NCBI GenBank assembly: GCA_051294905.1
Contig: CM119371.1
Span: 30,072,001 to 30,136,000, forward strand
Source of the DNA: Botryllus schlosseri
Lineage: Eukaryota
DNA length: 64,000 bases
Direction of reading: 5' to 3'
The notes under the pieces are model-generated. The model did not search any database and was not told the DNA's origin. It worked only from the letters and a program-made list of their open reading frames with translations. Position numbers and translations under genes: made by a program. This document shows, piece by piece, positions 39,503-53,187 of the stretch. Each line of letters starts with the position of its first letter. Positions within the stretch are counted from its first letter, which is position 1.

Positions 39503-40097
39503 CAGGGTTGTAACGAAGTCTGAAGGCTCCGAGTCACAAGTCAATCCCACTTTTTTAGATTTGACTCGAGTCAATTCGAGTCATTTTCAATCCACCATCG
39601 AGTAAAGTCCGAGTCCTAGTCAGCGACCAGGGGGTCAAGTCCGAGTCATGGTAATATGACTCGAGTCCGAGTATAAGTCATTGCGTTGACTGCTCAGTTT
39701 CCAGTTAAAGTCTTGTTCAACTCTTTTTATAACGCCTTTGGGTGATATCGGACGGTTCGCATTTATAATATACTAATGTTCCTCACTTTTAGCAGTTTCT
39801 GGTCGCCTTTTCAAGTACCGCTAACAACAGACGAAATACCAATAGTGTGGTTACTAATACCAATAGTGTGGTTACTTTACTATTCTCCGAAATTACATTG
39901 AAATGTCGGTCTTGGTCGCCTGAGCCTCAAGTCATGTGACTTGGTCCGAGTCATGCGCAATTACTCGAGTTCAAGTCGTGTACTTACACAGATTGACTCG
40001 AGTCGAGTCATTTCCGTATTCTCAGAAAATGACTCGAGTCAAGTCAAGTCATCGGAAAATCACGAATCGAGTCATTACTCGAGTCATTACAACCCTT
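39503..40097. mobile_element. hAT-type MITE with GACTCGAGTC arrays
   Basis: CAGGGTTGTAA/TTACAACCCTT; perfect TSD GTAACTAT. Confidence 0.92.
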
Positions 40098-40120
40098 GTA
40101 ACTATATGCCAGTCGCCCAT

Positions 40121-42572
40121 TAGGGTTGTTCAGAATTGATCGACTTTCAAAATGTCGTGGTTTTCAGTCCGATTCCCATGCCTTATACCATAAAAACATA
40201 TTCTAGGTACTTTTTTACGTAATTCATCCCTTGCATCCGTGTGCACATTGAGCTGGAAGAATATCGGCTAAAAATAGGGGATTCCCCTAAAATTTGAGTG
40301 TCGCTATTCGGACTAGGCTAGTAAAACGTCATATATAAGCTGGTTTTATGTAGCTATTGCGGTTGGAGTGCTACATAACCTCACTATAGAAAGTATTGTC
40401 AGTTCAGGACACCATTTTCATGTCCCACACTGCCTTAGAACTCCTCAAAACTGCCTAAGACTGATAGTCATTTTGTTGGATCACCTATCCTACACTCCTC
40501 AACCCTACCCGAGATTGTTCATCAATTGCCGGGATCACCACGTGCAAGAATACAACTGTAAATGTATCATTCACTCACAGCCACATTATAAACATCACAT
40601 TGTTCAAAGGAAACGAAACAAAAAGGCAAAGAAACAGATCAACTTGGCAAATACTACTTAAATCAGGTCCGGATGAAATGGTTGCTTTAGAGAAATCAGC
40701 ATATCTGTTCCCGTTATCTTCCACGGCTTGTAAGAGGCTCGCTCGCTGTTCTTTGTCATCTGTTTTGAAAGCATCAAAGTCGGTATTCAATTTCACCAAA
40801 CGCTCTGCTGCGCCGTTAACTATTTCAACGATACTCACAAATTCTTGAGCAGTCACGAAATGCGAATCAGTATGCCATTCCGAAACTGGAAGACTAAACC
40901 AATCATGTTCGACATGTATAGCATTGAATAGAAACCATGATTCCGGTTCAATTAAAGCAACCATACTCATTGACTCAGAGACAGAGTCAGAGATTAGACT
41001 CAGAGGTATATAGCCTACCTCTGCGAAATTGTTCAAGGATTGGCATTTGCAACAATTTAGCAGCCATCGCCTCCTTCACTTTGTCAGGAATCTTTGGTTT
41101 AGCCGAGAACAATCTTGATACCACCGTTTCCTTGGTGAGATGCCAATGATGTTCCCGCATCTTTTTATATGCCACATCAGCAACTGTGAAATCGCACAAT
41201 GAAAAGTCTGACATGCCATGAAGGAATTTGAGATCAATATACTGTGCGTCACATGCATTACCAGTTTTCAACCAAGCTGGGACATAAAACAGGGCAACTT
41301 TCTAATGAACTCTTCAGAATAGCCCATTTGCTCTCTCCACATGAACATCTTTGACAGTACAGAACTTGACTCATCCATCCAGTGCTATTAGTTGCACCAG
41401 GCTTGCGAAAACGATTATCAATATATTGGGCAGCTACAATCGCCAAGGTGCCTGTTGCACATTCTCTGTAGTCATTTATTATCAAGACTTCTTTCTGCTT
41501 TCCATTATATGGCATCATCAGTGGAATTATTTCTTGCATAGCTTCATCAGCTTTGATCGCCAACCAGCTGCATTCATCAAACTGAAGTGTTTCTTAATTG
41601 ATCAATATCTTTCCACTTCTTGGAAGGTATTAAAATCTGTGTTTTCAGGGCCTGTGGTCGCAGATCCAAACACACTTCACTTCCAGACCTCCCCGGATGA
41701 CTAGTTCATAAATATGATGGCGACAAGCAGAAGTAGAAAGTAGAAAACTTTCCTGTTTATCAATTCTTCAAGTAACAGAACCGCACCTTTATTTTTTCCA
41801 TTGTTTGAGGGTGTTGTGTTAAACACAAAAACTCTGACATTATTTGTTAAATTATAAAGTTCCAGCAGTTCAAATGACAGATCAGCCTGTGCTTTTCCTG
41901 TAGCACTCTCCAGAGTTCGATTGCCAAGAAGTTTGCCTTTCTCAAATGCGTTGGAATACGCAGACTATGCCAGCACTGCCAAGGCCTCAAATTTCCCTCC
42001 GAAAAGACTTCTAGTGAGCTTTGCATCCCAATGCAATGCAATGTGCCAAGTTGATCTGTTTCTTTGCCTTTTTGTTTCGTTTCCTTTGAACAATGTGATG
42101 TTTATAATGTGGCTGTGAGTGAATGATAAATTTACAGTTGTATTCTTGCACGTGGTGATCCCAGCAATTGATGAACAATCTCGGGTAGGGTTGATGGGTG
42201 CAGGATAGGTGATCCAACAAAATGACTATCAGTCTTAAGCAGTTTTGAGGAGTTCTAAGGCAGTGTGGGACATGAAAATGGTGTCCTGAACTGACAATAC
42301 TTTCTATAGTGAGGTTATGTAGCACTCCAACCGCAATAGCTACATAAAACCAGCTTATATATGACGTTTTACTAGCCTAGTCCGAATAGCGACACTCAAA
42401 TTTTAGGGGAATCCCCTATTTTTAGCCGATATTCTTCCAGCTCAGTGTGCACACGGATGCAAGGGATGGATTACGAAAAAAAGTACCTAGAATATGTTTT
42501 TATGGTATAAGGCATGGGAATCGGACTGAAAACCACGACATTTTGAAAGTCGATCAATTCTGAACAACCCTA
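40121..42572 (-). mobile_element. hATm-like DNA transposon derivative with 529-bp TIRs
   Basis: 40121-40649 and 42044-42572 are inverted with about 9 mismatches; TAGGGT termini; perfect TSD TCGCCCAT. Confidence 0.95.
40658..41720 (-). pseudogene. Decayed transposase, C-terminal part (hATm-like)
   Basis: Frameshifted pieces NDYRE, FRKPGATNSTGWM, HHWHLTKETV, SWFLF and IVNGAAERLVKL in the order expected for this transposase group. Confidence 0.75.
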
Positions 42573-42744
42573 TCGCCCATGTTAGAGAGAGCACAGCGTT
42601 ATACCGATGCAAAGTTTTAAAAACGTGGTTGTTAGACTGTGTGGCCTATGTTATCTCGATATTGAATTCATGCGGCCCGCCGCCTCTACGGAATATGAAA
42701 ACTGGCCCGCGACCCGCTTTGAGTTAGCGACCCATGGTTTAAGA

Positions 42745-43072
42745 CAGTGGTTCCAAACCTTTTTCGACTCAACGCCCCCTTTTCAAACTCCAAACCGATC
42801 ATCACCCTCCAAATTTTGTGAACCCAATAATGAGCACACAAACTGTAATCACCGGCTGGTTGACTAAAAAAAAGGTTAACTTTTCGGCTCGATGTGGAAC
42901 TTTTACACTTTTGCAGCTAAATTTTCGTGGGTAATAAAGGTCATTTCTGCGACTAGACTCCAATATAGCCGTTTTAACGCGCCATCGCCCCTTCGCTATT
43001 TTCGCCTCCTGTCGCCCCCTTCGTCATTTTCGCCGCCCTAGACCGCCGAACCGCCCACGCTGGGAACCACTG
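42745..43072 (-). mobile_element. Charlie-like hAT MITE inside the right end of a family D copy
   Basis: CAGTGGTTCCAAAC/TGGGAACCACTG; TSD GTTTAAGA/GTTTAAAA. Confidence 0.88.
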
Positions 43073-44115
43073 GTTTAAAACATGTTTTAAACAAAGTGTT
43101 TTAAAACACGGTTTGTTAAAAATGTAACTTACTGACGACACGGAGTCAGCCGTCTCGAAAATTTTTCGCGCAAATAGGAATATCTAACAAATGTTTGCCA
43201 ATCGCAGAATTCAGATAACGAGAGTTAAGTGCTAGCCTTTCGCCGAGCAAGATGCGCGTGTTTTAATAAATATTCGGACATGCTGTTTTATGCGGTCCTA
43301 TTTCACTAATGCTAGGCGTAATCGAGTATATATTTATGGCGTTACTTTCGCCTCCGCTTGTGTTCCATCGTTGATCTCCCCTGCCTAGTGAATATGTAAC
43401 CCATAAATGTGCAACAGTGTTTCAATGATAAGCATCGGTATATTATTATTTATATGATTATAAAACACCACAAGACTGCGATACAATGAAAATATAGGAT
43501 GCTGTCGAACTACTTGGATTGGTCTTTGAAATTAGACACTCAACTGGGCCTATTATACGATGTAAAGAAGGGACATGCACACTGGATGGAAAGAAACAAG
43601 AGATCACATATACCGTCTTGTGATGAAAGTAAATGACGCATGTGTCGATCGGCGAGATTGATGTCAGATCTAAGTCCGGTAATCTCGCAGACTGAGTATG
43701 TATTTATCCAGTAGCCTAATGTGTAGCCTAACAAGAAATCAGTCTTTTGCGATTATTCGCTTTTCCGGTGAAGGTATACAGTGTTGTGGTTTATTATGGG
43801 CAAACCAAAACTGCGACCATATACAACAGCAGAATGTAAGACACGGCGCTCTTCTTAATGGGTGTGCCGTTGGGTGTGTCGTTTGGTGTATGACGTTTCG
43901 TCGAGTCACCAGCAGACTTTATTGGATCCAATGACCAGTTCCCTGTAACAACGTAATTTTAGTGTGAGCTGCAGACTTGCAGTAACTACCAATATAGTTG
44001 GTTGGCATTCATTTAACTACTGTTTTATGAGTAGTTGTCGTTCTTGTTCTAGTTGACGATTTTAAAAGGTGAGGAAATCTAATTCTAGACCTAGTTGCTA
44101 AAACAGGGTTTTCAA

Positions 44116-45841
44116 CAGTGGCGGCTCGTGACAATATCGGGTGGTGGGAAATGCGGTGCACGGGATGTTTGTGGTCAATATGACGTCATCATGGTGTATT
44201 CCGACGTGAAAATAAATGTGACTTCGTAGTGGTCACAGACCAGATGCGCTTTGCAGTGAGAACTGTGCGTACAGCTCACTGTCTCTTTAATCCTGTTGCG
44301 AAATCGGTATTAAAAAGCATATTATCGAATAAATATGTGAATCGAAGCTTTAAACTTAGAACACTGTTAGATGACATCACCGAGATGTAGAATACGCCCA
44401 TTTCGGTGTGGGACACGGTCGCAATCAATACAGACCAACACCAAATTATGCGTAAAGTAGGCTATATTTAGGTATTGGATGATCAAGTGAGATCGGAAAC
44501 GAAATAACTATCGCAGTTGACAATGCGGATTGTTAGCAAATGGCTTGAAGGCAATAAATTCACGGTAAAACCGACATTGGAGAACATAAAATTGAATAAA
44601 TATTTGCTTATAAGACGTTTGGAAGTGGCCTACAGACGTTCGCTCCTGATAAGAGTCAGTCCAAAAGCTTGAAGTGGCATAAATTTGCAAATATGAACGC
44701 ATTGTTTGCTGCAATATTTGATTGCAAATCGATAAACTTAGTAAACAGTTACATGAAATCATCCGTACATACCAATCGTGACATCATCACCTATCTCGGT
44801 ATGGAACACAGCTGAAATTAGCACAGACCAACACCGGCTTTTGCGTGAAATCCGCAATGCGGTAAGTAAGTGTCAGATCAGCGCACATCTCTACCATACT
44901 GGATGTCGACAACGAAATTACTGCCCTATTATCATGGAGTGTCAATGTTGAGATTTGGCACAGCGCTCGATACTAAAATCAAGAGATACCATGCTTAAGC
45001 TCATGACAGATCTTGGTATGGAAGCATCTTTAAAATCAACAGAGACCGATACCGGTTTTGCGTAAAATCTGTTAGCGATAAATGATAGTCTTCTCTCACT
45101 CGACTTAGGAAACGAAATCATCACCCACATAGTTCAGTTTCAAAGTTACAACTCAACACAGCATTCGATACTAATATTAGAACATACCGTGACAAATCTC
45201 ACGGCCGATCTCCGCGTGGAGCATATTCAAAATTAATGGTGATCAATACCGGCTTTTGAGTAAAATCTGTTTGCGATACGTGACGAATCAGCAGACACGC
45301 AACTTCGGAAACGAAATTACTACCCTAATCCTTGAGTATAGTAGCCCTTAAACTTGGAGCAGTGTTGAATACCACCATCTCGACACATAATACCAAGTTT
45401 CAAGAATTATCATGGTGTGGTGCGAAACACCGTCAATATCGACCTATACCAATAAAGGTCGACTCAACGCTTAGGAACGTAACAGAGTTAGACATAGATA
45501 CCATCGCTACATCATTCCGGCGGGGCAACTCGCAAATTTGACTCGTCTGCTCAGTAATATTATGAATAGAGAAAATAAATCGCAATTTCTTTATTGTGTG
45601 AGGCTTCGAGAGAACAGACGAGGAAAGCGTCTTATGAGCGCCACCGTAACATGCCCCCGCTAGGCATTTACAAAGCGAAACACACAGAAGATAAAACGAT
45701 TTTCACCGAGACTTCGCTAGGCGCAAAAAGAATGCGATTTCTGCAGTTATTTCGGTATGCATTGATTGCTGTGCGTCTATAATTGGTAAGTCGTTGTTAT
45801 AGGACGGAAATTTAGGTGGGACATAGGACGAGCCACCACTG
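44116..45841. mobile_element. hAT-type non-autonomous element with internal ~190-bp degenerate repeats
   Basis: TIR CAGTGGCGGCTCGT/ACGAGCCACCACTG; TSD GTTTTCAA/GGTTTCAA; inserted into another MITE's TIR; empty site near 22790. Confidence 0.9.
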
Positions 45842-47293
45842 GGTTTCAACCTTTTTTGCTGGCCGCGTCCCATTTACGGCTTTAAATATGTTCTGTGACC
45901 CACCTCTTGACGTAGAATCTTAGTCTGCTGGAAATAAAGCAGCAATTCCGCATTGGTTTTGCAATAGTCGAAACATAGTTTGACCGTGAGCTGCATAGAG
46001 GCCACAAAGATGACCATAATCATTAAAGGAAAAGTTTTTGCAACTTTTTTCACAGTTCCCAGCAACTTCCAAAATGTTCAGAATTCATGTAGTGAGATCT
46101 TTCAATCTGTTTGTGGAAATTTTATACTGCAACTTTTTACAACTTTTTTCTTAATTTTCAATGTACTTTTACTGCACGATTTCATCAAGTATTGCGCCAA
46201 ATGTAAAAGAATGATATAAAAAACACCTTATCGACAATTCATTGTATCACTATATTGCATTCCAGCTGCATCTCACCGTTATCTATGACGCAACCGAGAG
46301 CTTACAAAGCTAAAATTTCGACAACTCCAGCCAAGCACGACAGTGCCCGAACTAAATTAGAAGAGGACGCATGACTTGGATTTTGATTAAGCCCGCTCAA
46401 ACCGGAACAGGTTGTGTCTAGTCTTTCGCGGTCAAGTTTAGTTGAGATACCTTATAGTTAGTTAAAGTGTGTGTTTATGAAAGTGAATGCGTTGTTATGC
46501 AAGTAAGGAGCGATTGCTTTGATATCTGTTAAGATGACGGTAAAAAGCAGGGCTGCGGCTCGCCTAAAAACATTTTCGGTCCGCTAGTCATTTTCAATCC
46601 AAGTTGTATTTTGACCTTTGAATCTTAGCTTAATCAAAATGTGCCAGTGAGCTTTGACCGGCGCAGTAATGGTATGGTGTGGGGGCTGTTGTGTTATACA
46701 ACGCATCCTTATTCCTTTCGAGTATCTCATACCGTAATGATTTTGCAAAACTATTGCAATTTTTGTACTGCAATTTCTGTTGAAATTAAATGAAACCTTC
46801 TCTCGATTTTAGTGCAACAAAAGCTGCTATAATAATCACGTTATCGAACATGATATCGAAGTGCCGACCTGATTTCGCCGATGTCACTGTCTGTGTGCAT
46901 GTTTGTCTTGGGATTATGTTTATATTGACATAGAAGAAAACGCAGATATTTAAACAAGTACCTTGTTTACAATATGTTCTAGTTTGGTATTGCGTTATCA
47001 CACACACAATAAAATCGCCTCCTTGCCATCTGCATAGCGTAAATGAATTCTTACGAAAGCCTAGAACAACATTGGGTCGAGCTATAAGTCGGAAGATCAG
47101 AAATAATATGATACTGGTGTAAAATGACCAATGCAGTCGTATCACCATGAATACCCGAAACACAACATAGAATTGAAAAAAAAAACATTGATAATTGTCA
47201 TGTTTCAGTGAACTATAAAGGACACGACGAAGAATTTTAAAAGACCTGTATTAAAGAAAGAATTGTTTCACGCTTGTATTCAAGAATTATTAC

Positions 47294-47431
47294 CTGGAAT
47301 TGTAATTGTCTTATTGTCTTGGACATTCACAAAGATGAGATTGATGCATCGAGAAGTTTCGAGTCGGAGGTCATGGTCATCCAGATTGCGACACACGCAT
47401 TCAGCTAGATCTTTCCGACCAATACCATAGA
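47294..47431 (-). CDS. 138-bp phase 1-1 exon, right paralogue
   Basis: catttag|(V)YGIGRKDLAECVCRNLDDHDLRLETSRCINLIFVNVQDNKTITIP(G)|gtaata. Confidence 0.8.
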
Positions 47432-47698
47432 CTAAATGTGAAAAGAATGAGGTTCAAATTATAATAATGTATCAACAATAATGGAATATTTTGTAGTGCG
47501 CTGAATATGCCAACATATCACCCCTACGCTATAGTGTGCTGTGCACAATGCCTTGATAGACATATTGTTATATAAGTATAACAATATGTATAAAAGACGA
47601 AATGTCAAGCTGTGAGGCCAGAATGAGCACTTTAGCCGCTGCTACAGCATGCATCGTGTTCAACGATAAAACGTTAAGTACTGTCCTACAAATGTTAA

Positions 47699-49110
47699 AG
47701 GGGCACTGCGCTCTAAAAATGATGTGGTCTTAAATTGAAGAAAAAAAATAAAGAAACATTTTGGCCGCAACCATTTTCTTTAGAACGCCAACGTAAAGGA
47801 GCTTCAATTTAATGAAATTTCCACAGGACCAGAACGCTCCAGCGGTCGCGGCTGTGCGTCATCGTTTCTTAACCCGTTGACAAAATTTATTGCTCGTTAT
47901 CTTCATTGTCGCACTTGCTCGACCCGATAAGGCAGTCACTTAGAGGACGAACTTCAGACAGTTGTCAGCCGATATTATGGAGGAATTATGTCTCACGCCA
48001 GGGCGGTTTAGTTACGTTAAGTATAAGCGTACGGTACCGGCGCTCAACCAGCGTACAATATTAAGTCTGGAGGATTTGTGTCTGAAGCTTGTTATGACTC
48101 TATAATATTTGCCAGATGACTGATGCTGACAATTGAGATGCCATTGCAGTTATATATTGATGCAAAGCTATTCATACAACTGTAAATTTTAAGCAGTGAT
48201 TTTACAGCGTATTACTGACTGCACAGAAGGGTTGTTCATATTTGAAAAATTGTCTGGAAACTTCGTTCGGCTAATTTCAAATGAAACTGTAGTGTGTCTT
48301 CCTTTCCCTCAGAGCCCCTAAAGGTCCACGGGGCAATTCTCCTTACTACTGGATCTGCAATGTCGACCATGTCACCGGTTTATAGCTTTTGTGGCGTTAT
48401 CAGTTGAAACCGGCCATGTAGTGATGGGATATTGTAATAAAATAGCTATGTCTACAAAATTGTACTTGAATGCAGTCCTATAACGGCCATATTCATCTCC
48501 GTTTTGCTCTACACAACCTGTCTATCGTGTTCATGGAAAGCATTGGTTGCACGATTGACATTGGCTTGTTTTGGATCGTACTTCGAAGAAGCGCCGTTGA
48601 GTTGCAAGTCGAGAACGAATGCAAACAGGCTTGTACAAATATTGTTGTGTGATATTTTTATCGTATCATGTTGTTCTCAGTTTCACAAATGAATTTTTGT
48701 TTCCATCAGTTCATTTATGCAATTCCTTTGACACGTAGATAATATATAATTTGTTAAAATTATTACTGGTATGGAAGAAGATCTGTGTGATGAATTAACT
48801 TCTGATGAAGACACAGATGTAGAAGATATCACGATATTTGGTGAGAGCCTGCCGTATCAATTCGAACCACAATATTCAGAGGAGGAATTCGCCCGTCTCG
48901 TTGCAACTCAAGAAGCACAAACTCATGTCTCTGTAAGTATTGCACTGTGTTTCTTAAATGCAATTTATCAATGTAATTGTATTGGTCAAAGGAATCGTCA
49001 GAAAACCAGAGTCAACTTCGGACACTTGACAATGAATGGTGCAGCTGCTTGAACTGTCCACGCATGCCAAACGAGAATGTCGTTTTTCTCACGTAGACAC
49101 AATGTCACCG
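47699..49110 (+). mobile_element. Kolobok-like transposon fragment
   Basis: TTAA|AGGGGCACTGCG terminus at the point where arm homology breaks; similar end at 29043; contains the Cys-rich gene below. Right end not found. Confidence 0.6.
48771..49096 (+). pseudogene. P2X7 C-terminal-domain-like Cys-rich protein, two exons (48771-48932 and 48992-about 49096), frameshifted
   Basis: Acidic N-terminus with LPYQFEP, donor gtaagt, then NEWCSCLNCPRMP followed out of frame by RECR. Confidence 0.7.
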
Positions 49111-49422
49111 TTCACATTTTATCCACACACTGCATTACTTTGTTGCTATGAAGGAAGAGTTTCCCAGTGTATTGCAAAAGGGCTTAGGAGTCGGAGTTGT
49201 GGAGTCAGAGTTTCGCTAGTTTTTCCCTTAATGGAGTCGGAGCCGGAGTCTCAAAATGTTTCAGCACTCCTTGGAGTCGGGATCGGATTTTGTGAAAGTG
49301 CTCCTGACTCTGACTCCGAATCCAACTTCTTTAATATGAAAACAAGTGCTTTCAAAGATCTCCTTAAATTACTAATAATAAATAAAAGAAGATTTGCACG
49401 TACCAACAACCACTTTTATTAG

Positions 49423-50300
49423 TAGTGCTGGGCACAATGCTTCGAGTACTCGAATCTGAATCGAGTATTAATTTTAATGATTCGAGTCGAGTAGTAAAAG
49501 ACGATTTCTTTTGAGTACTGAAATCATACGCTCCTCACGACTGAACGTTAATTTAATGACGAGAATTATACTATTTTCCACTGAGGAAGCCTCACAACCT
49601 TGATTGGCAGCGTCGCAGCATACGTAGGGTTAGTATATTTTGGAATGGGGGAAGGAAAACAGTTTTTCAAAATTTTCAGACTGAGAATTGTGGAGTAAAA
49701 TTCGGAGAAAATGGTAAATTTTTCCCGACTCCGTGGTTGGTTGACTAAAATAAAATCAATAACTTCACGGCTCAACCCCCGAAATGAAGTTACATTCTCC
49801 GTTGGTCGTCACTTACGTTTAAACCACGAATTTCCTGTTTAGCTTAATTTATGATCATTTTCGCTCGAAGCTTACTTCCAATAGCTGTAAAGGAGAACGA
49901 ATTGTCAAAAAGGATGACATTTAGGCGTCCTCGGAGGACATTTTCAGAAACCTGAAAATGGAGGACAAATTCTTCTAAAGGAGGACGCATATGGTAAACC
50001 TAAGCATACGAGACATGGTACAAAGCTTTGAAAATAACACATTTCCGAAGTCATACTCACCCCACAACGTTGTTAAGTCGTGCTATGAAATCGGTAAGGT
50101 CGTAAAAATACAAAAGTATATTTAATGTGACTGATAACTGGCATTATGTTCCTTGTGGTGGCCTAAAAGGTACGTATTTGAACTTTGATATAATACATTC
50201 TGTTGTGACGCTATAATGAGTGATACTCGAATACTCGACTCGAGGCTTAATACGTGATTCAAAATCGAATCACTCAGGTACTCGAATTTGCCCAGCTCTA
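49423..50300. mobile_element. MITE with ACTCGA repeats
   Basis: TAGTGCTGGGCA/TGCCCAGCTCTA ends; TSD not preserved. Confidence 0.75.
49625..50002 (-). mobile_element. MITE family B, nested
   Basis: TAGGGTTAG...GGTAAACCTA; perfect TSD AGCATACG. Confidence 0.9.
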
Positions 50301-50914
50301 GTCATATAGTGACGAGAGTGATAAAATTGGACATTATTCGCAAACTGCAATTCAGTAGCATGGAGGAAGAACATTCCAAGATGCATCTTCGTGACCAACG
50401 CAGAATATCTGATGAAATCAAAAATTGGGTGCAACTTTTGGAATTATTAAAATAATATCGTGTAAGAGTAAATAAATCGTTTTGTAAGTTACAACATCAC
50501 TTGGAAAATTGATGCAAATGTAACCAAGCGATGATTCCTATTTGACAAAATCAAAACTATTCCTAGTAAGTAAGTCGTTTTGGTCGAACAAATCTTTAGG
50601 AAATAATGCAAGCATAGTCCTACTCCGTGAATACTTGTCAAGTGCATGTAGACATATGCTATTTTATTGCGCCGTTTATTAGTAGTGTGAGAGTGTGTGC
50701 TTCTCATTGGTATAGTGGGTAGTGAGAAAATTTGTACATATCTGTATTAGTTGCTGGCTTATGCACAATAGCTGCCTGCACCACTATTGTTTTATGGGCA
50801 TTTGAAATATACAGGATGAAATATGGATTTGTTACAACATGCGCATCACGATCGGGTGAATCATGCTCGTACTTATTCATCCCGTGAAGCTTGAATCAGA
50901 ACAGGTAACAACCA

Positions 50915-51050
50915 TGAAAAGCGCCATTTAGCGTCATTTTGAGAAGCAGTTCGTTCTTTCGTTATGTGCCTTGGAGTCTGCTTTCATCAAAAGCCTTCAA
51001 CTTATTAGTGCCAACAGAATGAGTTCACGTATAATCTAAAATACTACTAT
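50915..51050 (+). mobile_element. Ancient Penelope-like GIY-YIG C-terminal remnant
   Basis: SAI*RHFE, LCALESAFIKSLQ and CQQNEFTYNLK resemble SSIGQHL, LKVLESTIIQ and CRQKDFLYNLQ. Confidence 0.6.
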
Positions 51051-51173
51051 TATACCAAAGAATTTTGATTCCGTTGGCGTCATATTTGGTGATACGAGTG
51101 TTAATGTGCACCGTTCGTTTCAATTTTCTCCTATAATTGCTGAGGATTCCCTTTGAGGAGTGTCGCTTATTAA

Positions 51174-52095
51174 CAGTGTTGGGATCAAGTCACTACCTTC
51201 GAGTCACGAGTCATTTCGAGTCATTTCACATTTTGACTCGAGTCAAGTCAAGTCAATCGAATTTCGAAGGTGACTCGAGTCAAGTCAAGTCAAGTCACGA
51301 GTCAAGTCACAATTCAAGTCAAGTTGCCTTTTCGAAGTATAAGACATGCTTACGTCATTGCATTTTGCTAGCTGTTAGAAATAAAGATTGGGTGGTCATT
51401 GATTCTGGACTCACGAACGAATATAGAGTTAAATATAAAAGCAAGAAGGCACTTTATTGCTCACATATACGTAGAAATGCTAAACTAAATAAGTAATAAC
51501 ATAACCTCGGATTATAGTTACCAGCCAAAATAGAGAATAGAGAAACGAATTGATAAGATGCAATACATTTCCCAGTTACAAATTGATACAATTCGGGCCT
51601 GCGCTAATGGTAGAGGACTATATAAACTACATTAGAATTCAATTTCAATAACACAAGTTTGGTTAAGTTAAGAACAGAGAACGGAAATAGACATTTTGCT
51701 ATTAAATTACTTTACTATACTATAGTTTACGACAGCGTAAGCTGTAAGCTTCGATCACTTCGTTTCCGATCAATTTATTTGTGTGTGAACAATGGAGGTT
51801 CAGTAAAAAGCACAGTCATTGAATGATTGGTCGCTCTCACGGGTTACACCAGCGTTTCGCGTACAATCCGAACATATGCAAGACACAATGATTTTTATCG
51901 ACATCGATTGCTTGATGACTCGAAATTGACTCGTGAATTTTGCTCCGAGTCATGAGTCAATCCACATTTCTGATACGCCGAGTCAAGTCAAGTCAAGTCA
52001 TTTTAGCAAAGTGACTCGAGTCAAGTCAAGTCATACGAGAAAGGTGACTCGAGTCTGACTCTAGTCAAGTCATGACTCGAGTCATCCCAACACTG
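51174..52095. mobile_element. hAT-type MITE with GAGTC/AAGTC arrays
   Basis: TIR CAGTGTTGGGAT/ATCCCAACACTG; perfect TSD CTTATTAA. Confidence 0.94.
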
Positions 52096-52217
52096 CTTAT
52101 TAATATACGAGACTGTTAGATGCATCTATCCGGCTGATGTACGAGGATTAATGTTACTACAACCAGGCACAATCATCGTTAATATAATTAGTTCGAATGA
52201 TGCATGGTCTATTTCAC

Positions 52218-52777
52218 TATAGATAACTAACCTACGGATAGATACGCTTGCTTGTCCGGAAGAAACTACTGCTCAGCAATCTGAACGCAACCTAATTGCT
52301 AATCCCATCGCTGACGACTCGCGCGCTTAAATTCAATAAAGTGGATGTTATTTGAAACCTACTGCCGCACTGATTCCGAAAATATACATTAAAATCCAAT
52401 CAGGGCAGTGGAACTCCCTTGAAATACACCCTAAAGTCCGAAAATCGGCATTGTTCTAAACAATCGCAGCGACGCAGCACAATAACCATAACAATGGCCC
52501 TTGTGTGGTTGCGATTGTTCAGAACAATGCCGATTTTCAAACTTTGAGGTGTATTTCAAGCGGGTCCCATTGCCTTGATTAGATTTTAATGTATATTTTC
52601 GGAATCAGTGCGACAGTAGCCTTCAAATAAAATCAACTTTGTTGAATTTAAGCACGCGAGTCGTCAGCTATGGGATTAGCAATTATGTTGCGTTCAGATT
52701 GCTGAGCAGTAATTCCCTCCGGGCAAGCAAGCGAAACGACGGGTGTTGCGTATCTATCCGTAGGTTAGTTATGTATA
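52218..52777. mobile_element. Foldback MITE with ~250-bp inverted arms
   Basis: 52218-52470 pairs with 52508-52777; TA at both ends; related remnant at 17841-18009 shares loop sequence ACCATAACAAT. Confidence 0.85.
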
Positions 52778-53187
52778 ATTTCACGCGGTTTTCATACCAA
52801 TGTCACTCGCACGAGTCATGCAAACGATCACAAAACTATTCAATACATTTCAGCACCCAAAGTTTAAACAGTAAGTACTTTTGCCTACAAACTGTTCCAG
52901 TAACAGTGGAGGTAATCTAAAAACAAAACTAGTAGAGCGAAGGGTATTAGTACTGAGTAGTCAAAATCTACTTAGCACTTAACATGTAGACTGTAGAGGT
53001 ATACTTCGTTCTTAACCACCTCCGGTGAAGACTCCATAAGATTTCCATTTGCGCATATCTTGCATGATGCCTACGCCTATTGTTCGATATGTCTTGGTGC
53101 TTTGTGAGTAGGAAATAACGTCATGAACTACCACAACACTCCAATCGATTGAAAATAGATAGCGAATCCATTTTACCCACAGCTTAC

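Larger units (their letters stand above)
43130..47690 (-). repeat. Right arm of the inverted segmental duplication (partner about 19050-24600)
   Basis: Reverse-complement colinearity with reciprocal empty transposon sites. Confidence 0.9.

Noticed and set aside
40368..40661. Twin ORFs 40368-40661 and 42011-42325
   Set aside because: Simply the two TIR copies; no protein signature.
46786..47163. 125-aa ORF as a membrane protein gene
   Set aside because: The frame is not conserved in the paralogous copy at 19.5-19.9 kb (indels, stops, MITE insertion).
51174..52095. Regular GAGTC/AAGTC repeats (also 39503-40097) as a CRISPR-like array
   Set aside because: They are subterminal repeats of TIR/TSD-bounded MITEs, with no constant repeat-spacer structure and no cas genes.
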